DNA of 63,125 nucleotides from a virus. The DNA lies in UHGV virus genome UHGV-1373161, one strand, 5' to 3'. Positions 52,627-60,876 of this stretch are shown piece after piece. Within the stretch, counting starts at the first letter, position 1, and each line of letters opens with the position of its first letter. Below the pieces are notes generated by a model. It was not told the DNA's origin. It ran no database searches and was given only the letters and a program-made list of their open reading frames with translations. A program made the translations under genes and the position numbers.

Positions 52627-53151
52627 ATGAACGTTAATGAACTTCCGCAGTACAAATGCCATAAGGTAGTTCGCGCTGGCAAGATTCTTGCGACCGCCCG
52701 CAACCCCAATGAAGATGCCATTTTTCTTGATGTTGATGGGGTGGTTAATAAATGGCTTTTTGCGCCAACTGGGTGGCTTAATAAACATAACCCGGATATT
52801 GGCGGCTATCTCGTGGCTTATGAGGACGGATATCTGTCCTACTCACCGGCGGCGGCCTTTGAGGCTGGCTATTCGCTCATCATCGACAAAGATAGCAATG
52901 GAACCGTGCTCGCGCAGAAAGCGGACGGAACGGAAACCCTCACCTTCCAGGACAGCACGCGTCCGGCATGGCAGCAGCGCTTACTGGAAGAGAAGAACGA
53001 GCTGAACGGGCGCATTCACAAACTTTCTGACTATATCGCTGGGCCTGTCTTCCGGGTTCTTCTGCCCGCTGACCAGCGCCTGCTGTCGGTGCAGCTGTCC
53101 ACAATGAAGGCTTTATCCGAAGTGCTGGAGCTTCGGGCGGCGCGCTTCTGA
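52627..53151 (+). CDS. Hypothetical protein, 174 aa
   Basis: ORF track; C-terminal coiled coil. Confidence 0.4.
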   Translation: MNVNELPQYKCHKVVRAGKILATARNPNEDAIFLDVDGVVNKWLFAPTGWLNKHNPDIGGYLVAYEDGYLSYSPAAAFEAGYSLIIDKDSNGTVLAQKADGTETLTFQDSTRPAWQQRLLEEKNELNGRIHKLSDYIAGPVFRVLLPADQRLLSVQLSTMKALSEVLELRAARF

Positions 53152-53390
53152 TGAAAATCGAAGTGGGACGCGCCGCTGTATGGCAGCACGCAGAAGAAGC
53201 CGACCTGCAGGATATGATCCGCAAGGTGGCCGCCCACTTCGAAATAGCTGACATCGCGATTTTTACGCCGGGCAAGCTCACCTATGTGAACGAGCCTCCC
53301 CGGAGATATCACCGTATCAGGCCATTCGAGAGCGATCACCGCTTCGATACCGCAACCGGAAAATTAGTAAGGAAAGGCAATGGGAAATGA
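53151..53390 (+). CDS. Hypothetical protein, 79 aa
   Basis: ATGA coupling. Confidence 0.35.
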   Translation: MKIEVGRAAVWQHAEEADLQDMIRKVAAHFEIADIAIFTPGKLTYVNEPPRRYHRIRPFESDHRFDTATGKLVRKGNGK

Positions 53391-53589
53391 AATAGCGGTC
53401 TATCACTACTCCGCATGGTTCAACAACGCACGCGGCACCGTCCATCATGACGGCGTTCTGCTGCTGCCGGTTATCAGCAATACCGAAAGCTATTTCGCGG
53501 CCCGCCAGGCTATCGCGAACGACCTGGGGATCCGCGTCGAAGTGCTCAACGTGAATTCTTTCGCCTACATCGGCCCGGCTTCTGTCTGA
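53380..53589 (+). CDS. Hypothetical protein, 69 aa
   Basis: ORF track. Confidence 0.3.
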   Translation: MGNEIAVYHYSAWFNNARGTVHHDGVLLLPVISNTESYFAARQAIANDLGIRVEVLNVNSFAYIGPASV

Positions 53590-53598
53590 GGAAAGGAT

Positions 53599-54408
53599 AT
53601 GTCTACCGAAAACAATATTTCTACCAGCCTGGCGAATGCCATCAATGAGCACTGCCGCCAGTTTGAAGCGTCTACCGAGTTCAATGAAATGGTCGCTAAG
53701 CACGTTCGCGATCTGTACGAAAACGCCATCAAAGACACGTTCCGCTGGGGCAAATTCCCGGACGCGGTGAAAAAGGCGCTGGAAGAAGCACTGCCAGCCA
53801 ACATCACCGAAATTGTCGATCTCCCTCGCTATAACCTCCTGCTGGCGCGCACGCTCGATGAGCAGTGGAAAACCAATGCCGTCAGCGACCGCCTGGTAAC
53901 GCAGATGCAGGAGCTGGTGAAAGACTTCATTGAGCAGGATCAAACGCCGAAATATATCAAAGCGTCTGACCTGTGGGCTGCATACATCGAAGAGCACCAG
54001 GAAGAGGCGGCGCATGAAGGATGGGAACGCCCGCAGGTTATCATTGCTGAACCGGATGAAGACTGGCAGCAAAACTACTTCCAGATAGGACTTGAAAAGC
54101 AACCATACGAGTCATCGCGATGGAGCACATCGCGGGAGAAGACGCATTACTTCCAGTGCGAAACATACCTTTGTTTCCGTAAATTGACCACCCGTGAAGA
54201 TCGTAAAGACATTCTGGTACTGCATGAAGGTCATGAGGTTGGTTCGCTTTATACCGGCCAACTTGACGGCAGCGATGCGCTGGGGAAAAAACCGGTTCAA
54301 TTCCGCAGCAAGTTCGAAAAGCTGGTAGGCGCTCTGTACTACGGCGACAGCCTGCTGCTGCTCGATGCCTGCGATGCAGACGATATCTATTACCCGTCGG
54401 CATACTGA
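53599..54408 (+). CDS. Hypothetical protein, 269 aa
   Basis: ORF track. Confidence 0.45.
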   Translation: MSTENNISTSLANAINEHCRQFEASTEFNEMVAKHVRDLYENAIKDTFRWGKFPDAVKKALEEALPANITEIVDLPRYNLLLARTLDEQWKTNAVSDRLVTQMQELVKDFIEQDQTPKYIKASDLWAAYIEEHQEEAAHEGWERPQVIIAEPDEDWQQNYFQIGLEKQPYESSRWSTSREKTHYFQCETYLCFRKLTTREDRKDILVLHEGHEVGSLYTGQLDGSDALGKKPVQFRSKFEKLVGALYYGDSLLLLDACDADDIYYPSAY

Positions 54409-54821
54409 TGAAGCGGGTAGCCTTTTACCGCCGGGCTGGGGATCAGACCACCAGCCTGGCGGGCACTAAAGAGCGGGTGGCGTGGCGCTTATCCAAAGGC
54501 CCAGCCACCGGCACCGAGCTGGCGGAAATTTTCGGTATCACCAGAGTGCAGATGAACCACATCGCCTCGAAGTGGAAACCTGATGAAGCCACCAGCTCGA
54601 TCAAAGCGTCTGAGTGGTTCCAGCTGCCGGACGGCGGCAGAGACAGGACTTACAGCCTGGAGCGCAAGCCGAGGCGGGTAACACCGAGCGGCGAAACGCC
54701 TCGATACACGCGAAAGACCTTCCTCACCGCCAGTAAGGAAACCAAGCGCCTCAACACTGAGCGCGCAAAACGCCGGGCGAGGCTTATCGCTGCCGGGCTT
54801 TATATTGACGAATTTAATTGA
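54408..54821 (+). CDS. Hypothetical basic protein, 137 aa (winged-helix-like)
   Basis: ATGA coupling; Lys/Arg-rich C-terminus. Confidence 0.4.
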   Translation: MKRVAFYRRAGDQTTSLAGTKERVAWRLSKGPATGTELAEIFGITRVQMNHIASKWKPDEATSSIKASEWFQLPDGGRDRTYSLERKPRRVTPSGETPRYTRKTFLTASKETKRLNTERAKRRARLIAAGLYIDEFN

Positions 54822-54829
54822 GGTCTATT

Positions 54830-55000
54830 GTGGAAAAATTGCCAGAGCTGCACTGCCAGTGCGGTGCTACGCCAAAAATGAACATCACCAGCGAGGGTGG
54901 CAAGACAAAGTATTACGTCAGCTGCTCCGCTTGTGGGCGTTCCGGTCCAATCAGTAAGCAGCCAGCGCGTGCCGCTGAGCGCTGGAATGAGAAGGGCTGA
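54830..55000 (+). CDS. Lar-family restriction-alleviation-like protein, 56 aa
   Basis: GTG with GAGG SD; HCQCG...YYVSCSACGRSGP...AAERWN matches the Lar CxC..CxxC..AxxWN pattern. Confidence 0.45.
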   Translation: MEKLPELHCQCGATPKMNITSEGGKTKYYVSCSACGRSGPISKQPARAAERWNEKG

Positions 55001-55147
55001 AAAAAATGAATAATCGTCAGCTCATGATCGATGCATCCCGCTTTCGCGATGCAAAAGAGCGCCGCACTTTCTGGAGTGATCTGGCTATCACCATCGTGTG
55101 CGGTTCGGCGGCCGCCGTCTTTTTTACTCTCATTTGACGGGAGGGGT

Positions 55148-55393
55148 ATGCTCAAAAAACGACACCTGGGCGCACCGGCCCAGCCGAAATATCACATCGG
55201 CGCAAAGGTGAACTACCGCGACCATCGCGGCAAAGAAGTACGGGGGACCATCGTATCAGCTACCGCTAACTGGTTCGGCTATCACGATGGGGAAGCATTC
55301 ACGCTGACGTATGCGCTGACGCATCCGACATCGAGCCGCCACGAGCACCACGGCGACGACGACATTATCGGTGAAGTCTCGGAGGGGTTATGA
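55148..55393 (+). CDS. Hypothetical protein, 81 aa
   Basis: GGGAGGGG SD. Confidence 0.4.
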   Translation: MLKKRHLGAPAQPKYHIGAKVNYRDHRGKEVRGTIVSATANWFGYHDGEAFTLTYALTHPTSSRHEHHGDDDIIGEVSEGL

Positions 55394-55611
55394 ACCAGGA
55401 ACCAATGACTAATCAGGAACTGGTGGATGCCGCTATCGAGCTGGCGGGCGAGTTCTATGCGATGCAGGGCTACACGCATCGCCCAGGCTTTAAATACTGG
55501 CAATCTCCGCACCCTCATGAGCGGTTGTGCTTCACGATGGCTTGCCGGGCTTTCGAAGTTATTCGCGGTTCTGATGTGATGAGCGCTGTAGATGATCTGG
55601 AGGATGAATGA
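55390..55611 (+). CDS. Hypothetical protein, 73 aa
   Basis: ATGA coupling. Confidence 0.35.
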   Translation: MNQEPMTNQELVDAAIELAGEFYAMQGYTHRPGFKYWQSPHPHERLCFTMACRAFEVIRGSDVMSAVDDLEDE

Positions 55612-56144
55612 GCTACTGGAAATTTACCAGCGCTGAATCCCTGGCCGCCTGGGATGAAATGGTGCGCCAGGAAGAAGAGCTGAAGAAGCAGGGATCGACG
55701 TTTGCGGCCCTGTTTGACGGCAAACCGGTCTATCAAAAGACCATGTGCGACTGGCGCTTTTATGGCGTTCGCTTCGACGGCCATGTGTACGTTGCCGCTG
55801 ACCTGTGGACGAAGCCCACCAGCAAGAACGGCTACGCGCAGCAGCCGCGCGTTAAGGTGCCTGCAGCACTGAAACGTGAATCAGAGGCGCTGTGGCAGCT
55901 GTGGAATGACCAGCGGCCGCATATCACAGCCGACCGCGAAGCGTTCTATGAGTCTATCGGTCTGGACTGGGGCAACCTCATGTTTTGCGGCTTCGCCTCG
56001 TTCCGTCATGGCGACGTGATCTACGTCGAAACTGGGGCCACGCCGAAACCTGAAGCCGGTGGCGTGGAAATTCTCGGAAGTGAATACGCCGCAGCTGAGC
56101 GCGCGGCTAAGGCTGGTGACAATGTGCCAGGCGCTGGTTCTTAA
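55608..56144 (+). CDS. Hypothetical protein, 178 aa
   Basis: ATGA coupling. Confidence 0.45.
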   Translation: MSYWKFTSAESLAAWDEMVRQEEELKKQGSTFAALFDGKPVYQKTMCDWRFYGVRFDGHVYVAADLWTKPTSKNGYAQQPRVKVPAALKRESEALWQLWNDQRPHITADREAFYESIGLDWGNLMFCGFASFRHGDVIYVETGATPKPEAGGVEILGSEYAAAERAAKAGDNVPGAGS

Positions 56145-56433
56145 ATATTCAAACGCCGACCCGGAGCAGCTACTGGGAGTCATCCCGCTGGAAGAAGTGG
56201 TCGAACTAATGCGCCACCGCATTCGCCAGCAAGTGCGTGATGAGGTCGAGTTAGAGCTTCGGGACCGGATAGCTGAAGCAGAAGAAGAGGCCAGCCGCGA
56301 GGGAGGACGAGCAGACGACTGGCAGCAGGATGCTGAATGGCTATACCGGGCTATAAAGGAGGCGCTGGAGCAGGACTGGGAGACAGCGCAGGAAACGCTA
56401 CGGGAAGCACTTAAAAGCTCAGAAGCAGGTTAA
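56122..56433 (+). CDS. Hypothetical acidic coiled-coil protein, ~103 aa
   Basis: Start uncertain (track gives 56059). Confidence 0.3.
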   Translation: MCQALVLKYSNADPEQLLGVIPLEEVVELMRHRIRQQVRDEVELELRDRIAEAEEEASREGGRADDWQQDAEWLYRAIKEALEQDWETAQETLREALKSSEAG

Positions 56434-56568
56434 CCGGGAGGTACGCATGCGGGAAGAAGAGATTAAGCGTCTCGATCCCCTTAACCGCATAGGTTGACGG
56501 GGCCAGGCATCCGTTACCACCTGAAACATTATCATCAACCACCGCCCCCAGGGGCTAAAGAGAAAGGC

Positions 56569-57546
56569 ATGACTACCGAAAATATTGTTCAAGACACTGA
56601 AGAAAGCCGTATCGCACAGCAAAAGCGCGAAACGCTTCACTCGCTGCTTTACATCATGGCTGAGTGTGCGCCTTCGGCAGAAAAATTCATGGGCATCGAC
56701 GTGAAGGCGCTGGCCCGGAAGGTGAACGAAGCCTACGACCAGTTAGGCAACAGCTATACCGTTGAAGCGGATCCAGCAGCCAATCCGCTTGCCGGTCTGG
56801 TGGTTCCCGGCAATAACGTCCTGGCTATGCATGCTGGATCTACCGGCGTCGCAGAAGGGGTAAATCTGGGTTCATCGTTCAAAGCCAGCAAAAAAGAGTA
56901 CGCCAAATTCCCTTCGCATCTGAAAATCGTTTCCTTTGGCGAGATCCAGGATATTGACGGCCAGCTGAGAATGGAGGCACGGATTTACTGGGATGATGGT
57001 TCTAAGACCGAAAAATCTGTGTGGTGCGGAAGCCTTGGCACGCCGAAAGACGAAGCTGAGCGCATCGCTCGCAATCGTATTTTGCTGTATGCCTCCACAA
57101 AAGACGAGCGCGATTTGGAAGAGTGCGCGAGTGCCGAAGAGACGAAAAAAGGCACCCCTACCGTTCTGATCGCACTGCCTGCAGGCGCTGGTATGTCACT
57201 CACCCCGGAGCAGGCCAGCTTCAATCTTCCAGAGGGGATCTCCACCGGCCAGATCTCGGACGGCTATCACACGTTCGATGAGCTGTACGCGCACCGCGTC
57301 CGCCTGTTCTCTACCCTGATGCGCGCTCACCAGGATAAATCATGGTGGAGCTTCAAACACCATGACGGCAGCGTGTGGGATGGCTGGATTATCGCTGGCA
57401 TCGATACACCCGCAGGCCCGGCGACATATCACCTACCGGTGTCAGAGATCGAATTCTTCAACGAAGGTGTTCGCCAGCTGCGCAGGGGTAAGGAGTGGGA
57501 CGGTCACACCGCCGATGACGTGCTGGAGCGCCTGAAGTCTCTCTGA
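56569..57546 (+). CDS. Hypothetical protein, 325 aa
   Basis: AAAGAGAAAGG SD; largest gene of the early plus-strand block. Confidence 0.45.
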   Translation: MTTENIVQDTEESRIAQQKRETLHSLLYIMAECAPSAEKFMGIDVKALARKVNEAYDQLGNSYTVEADPAANPLAGLVVPGNNVLAMHAGSTGVAEGVNLGSSFKASKKEYAKFPSHLKIVSFGEIQDIDGQLRMEARIYWDDGSKTEKSVWCGSLGTPKDEAERIARNRILLYASTKDERDLEECASAEETKKGTPTVLIALPAGAGMSLTPEQASFNLPEGISTGQISDGYHTFDELYAHRVRLFSTLMRAHQDKSWWSFKHHDGSVWDGWIIAGIDTPAGPATYHLPVSEIEFFNEGVRQLRRGKEWDGHTADDVLERLKSL

Positions 57547-57559
57547 TGCCGGATACCGG

Positions 57560-57586
57560 CCAATAACAACCCACAAAGGGGGAAAC
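57560..57586 (+). promoter_or_regulatory. Leader motif CCAATAACAACCCACAAAGGGGGAAAC immediately upstream of ATG 57587
   Basis: Near-identical 25-mer at 58109-58136 and an 11-mer at 41009-41019. Confidence 0.45.
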
Positions 57587-58093
57587 ATGCAAAAGATTCA
57601 ACCGATGGAGCCGCAGCGCGATAGCTATGGCTATTGGTGCCACCCGGATATGCCGGAAATTGAAACCAATGAGCAGTTTGATAACTGGATCGCCGCTCAG
57701 GGGTTGCAGTATGCGATTCACTGTCTTGATGGTGATGACGGGATCGGTGCGGAAGATGCCAATCAGCGCTACGACGCTGGCGATATAGATATTCTTGTGT
57801 GGCAACCATCTAAGCCCCAGGGTGAAGGCTGGTTTATCGTGTCAATTTACGACACGGAAGACGGCCCTATATGTCTGTGGGTTCGTCACCCGACCGAAGA
57901 GCAGCTGCGCGAAGCGGAAGAGCGCAAAAAGCTGCAGGCGCTGAAAGAGGACTTCCTGGCGAAGCACCGCGCCTGTGAGAAGGCCGCCTATGAGTATTTC
58001 GCAGCCTGCCCGGAAGGCGATGAGCGTGTTTTTGCCAGTGAGGTCTATCAGCGCGTTCGTCTTGCCACGTCCCGGAGCGGGAAAGGCGCGTAA
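57587..58093 (+). CDS. Hypothetical acidic protein, 168 aa
   Basis: ORF track. Confidence 0.45.
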   Translation: MQKIQPMEPQRDSYGYWCHPDMPEIETNEQFDNWIAAQGLQYAIHCLDGDDGIGAEDANQRYDAGDIDILVWQPSKPQGEGWFIVSIYDTEDGPICLWVRHPTEEQLREAEERKKLQALKEDFLAKHRACEKAAYEYFAACPEGDERVFASEVYQRVRLATSRSGKGA

Positions 58094-58108
58094 CCGGCAA
58101 TTACTGGC

Positions 58109-58136
58109 TCAATAACAACCCATAAGGGGAATATCG
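58109..58136 (+). promoter_or_regulatory. Leader motif TCAATAACAACCCATAAGGGGAATATC immediately upstream of GTG 58137
   Basis: Shared with 57560-57586. Confidence 0.45.
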
Positions 58137-58301
58137 TGGAAATCACCAAAAAATTTGTTTCGTGGGAAGAGTGGTACGCCGAGCTGCGAAAGGTAGCCAC
58201 ACAAAAAGGCGGCAGCGCTGCCGACGCCGAAGCCTGGCGCGAGGATTATGACGCCGGTCGCACGCCGGAACAGGCCTGGTTTGAAGCCTGGGGCGAATAA
58301 G
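58137..58301 (+). CDS. Small protein, 54 aa, not in the ORF track
   Basis: GTG start after the AAGGGGA motif; MEITKKFVSWEEWYAELRK... Confidence 0.3.
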
Positions 58302-58361
58302 TAGGATGGTGGGGAAGTTCACGCTTCCCCCTTTTCAGACTGTTTCGCCCTTGTTAATACC

Positions 58362-58378
58362 GTTGCTGAAACAGCAAC
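58362..58378. promoter_or_regulatory. 17-bp palindrome site F (GTTGCTgaaacAGCAACag), perfect arms
   Basis: Ends 14 nt upstream of the AlpA/Xis-like start; followed directly by the AGGAG SD. Confidence 0.6.
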
Positions 58379-58392
58379 AGGAGCGAATCAGG

Positions 58393-58599
58393 ATGAGCAA
58401 GAAAAGGTATCTCACGCAGGACGAAGTAGCAGACCGGTACCGGGGGCTGATTTCAGTCAGAACGCTTTGCAATTGGAGATCGCTTCGCATTGGCCCCCCT
58501 TATTGCAAAATCGGAAAGACGGTTCTCTACGACGAAGCAGAGCTGGACGCGTGGGATCAACGTAATACCGTTAAATGCGCACCATCGGTGCGGGAGTAA
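58393..58599 (+). CDS. AlpA/Vis/excisionase-like HTH protein, 68 aa
   Basis: MSKKRYLTQDEVADRYRGLISVRTLCNWR...GKTVLYDEAELDAW fits the HTH_17 (AlpA/Xis) pattern; typical partner of P4-type integrases. Confidence 0.5.
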   Translation: MSKKRYLTQDEVADRYRGLISVRTLCNWRSLRIGPPYCKIGKTVLYDEAELDAWDQRNTVKCAPSVRE

Positions 58600-58601
58600 G
58601 A

Positions 58602-58838
58602 ATGAAAACAGCCTCCACCAGAGAGCGCATCGCCTACTGGCTCCTGCTCCTGAAGCCGGGCCAGTGCATGGAGTTCTCCCCGGATGACTACGGGATCAGC
58701 CCGAAAACGCTTCTGGCCTATCTGGAAGCGATAAGCGACGCCTCTATCGACCGCCGGTACAAGATGTGCAGCGCGGGGTTCCGCAAAATCGGCGTGCGGC
58801 GGCTGCGGGACTGGCCGTTTAGCGGCAAGGCGGCCTGA
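58602..58838 (+). CDS. Hypothetical protein, 78 aa
   Basis: GGAGT SD. Confidence 0.35.
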   Translation: MKTASTRERIAYWLLLLKPGQCMEFSPDDYGISPKTLLAYLEAISDASIDRRYKMCSAGFRKIGVRRLRDWPFSGKAA

Positions 58839-59131
58839 TGGCTACGAAAGCTGAGCTGCAGGCCCGCATTGAAATGCTGGAGAAGGTGAACGCTGATTTA
58901 GAGCGGATGCTGGCGCGGGCGCAGCGCGAGCTGGAGGGCAGGCTGCTGCCGGAAGAAGAGCAGCCGAACGATATCACAAACACCGTCCGGAAGTGGATGC
59001 ACGAATACCAGCTACCCTGGGAGGTGTTCTGGTGCGCCGACCATCACCAGTGGGTCGATGAGCTGTGCAGCAGCTTCCCATACGACATTTACGCAGAGTG
59101 CCCCGGTTGCCGGGGTGAGGATAAAACGTGA
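58838..59131 (+). CDS. Hypothetical protein, 97 aa
   Basis: ATGA coupling; C-terminal Cys pair CPGC. Confidence 0.4.
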   Translation: MATKAELQARIEMLEKVNADLERMLARAQRELEGRLLPEEEQPNDITNTVRKWMHEYQLPWEVFWCADHHQWVDELCSSFPYDIYAECPGCRGEDKT

Positions 59132-59319
59132 ACAGACTGAAGATGTGCATGGTGGCCGTGCTGGGCCTGGTTGGCGCGCCGGTGAAGTGGACGCCGACGC
59201 CAGAGGTCCAGGCACTGGCCGAACCTACCGGCGGCTATCCGGTCACTGATCGCCATACCGGAAAGGCCAGAGAACGCCGTGAAGCAAAGCGCCGTCGCCG
59301 CGCTAAGGGGAGAAAGTGA
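59128..59319 (+). CDS. Hypothetical basic protein, 63 aa
   Basis: GTGA coupling. Confidence 0.3.
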   Translation: MNRLKMCMVAVLGLVGAPVKWTPTPEVQALAEPTGGYPVTDRHTGKARERREAKRRRRAKGRK

Positions 59320-59486
59320 GCATAACCGATGAAAGAAAACCAGATGGCGGCCTGCAAGCATGGATCGAGGTTCTGGAGGATTACCCAGTAGACGCAGAAG
59401 AGGTGGAACTTCTGATGCTGCTTATCGAGCTGCGTCGTCGTCGTGAAAATGATAGCCGCCAGCCTGGCGGTAAGGGGAATATGTGA
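59316..59486 (+). CDS. Small hypothetical protein, 56 aa, not in the ORF track
   Basis: GTGA coupling on both sides. Confidence 0.25.
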   Translation: MSITDERKPDGGLQAWIEVLEDYPVDAEEVELLMLLIELRRRRENDSRQPGGKGNM

Positions 59487-59686
59487 AGAAGCTAATCCTG
59501 CTGGTGGCCGTTATGGTCCTCACCGGCTGTGACAAGGTTATCGTGCCTACGGGCGTCAATTCCACAGAGGCACTTACCCGCTACGTCGACAAAGAAAACG
59601 GCGTCGTCTGCTATCAGGCGGCAAATAGCAAAGCCGCGTTCAGCTGCGTGAAGGTGCGTGAGGTGCCGTATGGCAAAGCACCCTAA
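59483..59686 (+). CDS. Small lipoprotein, 67 aa
   Basis: MKKLILLVAVMVLTGC signal peptide with lipobox. Confidence 0.45.
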   Translation: MKKLILLVAVMVLTGCDKVIVPTGVNSTEALTRYVDKENGVVCYQAANSKAAFSCVKVREVPYGKAP

Positions 59687-59930
59687 GCCGCATTTTGTTC
59701 GGTGTAACGGGAAGTGGCAGGCCTGCTACGGCAATCGGTCGAAGGGCAGCAAGTTCCGTTTCCAGATGGTCATAGCGGAGGATGAGAACGCCTTAGCTGC
59801 TCACAGAAAATACCTGGAAGCGCTGCGACTGGAGGAAGCGCGTCAGCAAGCTGTAAGGGCTGGGAGGGGTGGAAAAGTCATCCTTAGCGGCCTGCGCATA
59901 GCCTATCTACGGTTAAGGGGGAATATGTGA
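59670..59930 (+). CDS. Hypothetical protein, 86 aa
   Basis: ORF track, start moved to MAKHPKP. Confidence 0.3.
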   Translation: MAKHPKPHFVRCNGKWQACYGNRSKGSKFRFQMVIAEDENALAAHRKYLEALRLEEARQQAVRAGRGGKVILSGLRIAYLRLRGNM

Positions 59931-60024
59931 CTGCATTACAGTGGGGGCTGATTATCGGATTTACGATTGGCCTAACAGTAGCCAAGACCGCCGCGACGTT
60001 CGGCATGTTTTCAGGATGGTGAAT

Positions 60025-60270
60025 ATGAGTAAACGAGATATCAAAGCGAAACGCTGGGGTCGCAAATCAGCGAAGCGTCAGATGGCAGTCGAGCCGGTAA
60101 TTGTTGATGGGTTTCCGAGAGGGCCGCAGCTGCGTTTTCTGACGCAGTACCGGAAGTTTGGCGATGGAAGGGAGCAGCTGCGCGACGGCGTGCCTGATTT
60201 TCGCGGTGGCTCAGCGGTGATGTGGGGAGACTGGTTCGATGTGCGTGGGGGTGAGCGTGTCCAGGGTTAA
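60025..60270 (+). CDS. Hypothetical basic protein, 81 aa
   Basis: ORF track, start moved to MSKRDIKAKRW. Confidence 0.3.
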   Translation: MSKRDIKAKRWGRKSAKRQMAVEPVIVDGFPRGPQLRFLTQYRKFGDGREQLRDGVPDFRGGSAVMWGDWFDVRGGERVQG

Positions 60271-60876
60271 CGGGCGCAGGCCGCCTACGTTATCCCCGCT
60301 CCCGCAGCCGGTAGAGCCAAAGAAGATCGGCTGCGGAAAAAGCCTCGGTGGTTACATGGATCAGAGCGTGCCTGACAGATGCGGCGCGGTGGGCCTGGAT
60401 GGACTACATCTGTGCAGCGAGTGCTATCAAACCGTACAGGATATTGCAGGTGGTGAGCATGGTAACAGGTAGCGATCTGCTGGATATCCTCATCGCGATA
60501 CCGGCACTGATTTGCATCGGCCTGGCGTTGAAAGATATGTAGCGGTAATGCTGGTGACGGTCTGGTGCTGAACGGGAATATGCGAGAGGTCAAAACGAAA
60601 CCAGCACCAGTCCGCTACACCAGTTAGGCGGCATAACAGGCTAAAGGGTTTGAAAACACAGCGGAATTTAGAACTGGTAAGTGTGGTCCACAATCACCCT
60701 ACTGCCAGTTTTTAGTTCACGCTGGTTCACGTTCAAACCCTTTGATTACCGGACTTTTTTTAAGATATTGACTGGTAGCGGCTCCCGATCAATAAACGGG
60801 GTGCGTCGGGCAAACCGACACCAGCAACAGCACCACCAGCCACCCCCTAACTGCCACCAGCGAGGACTACCGAAGA

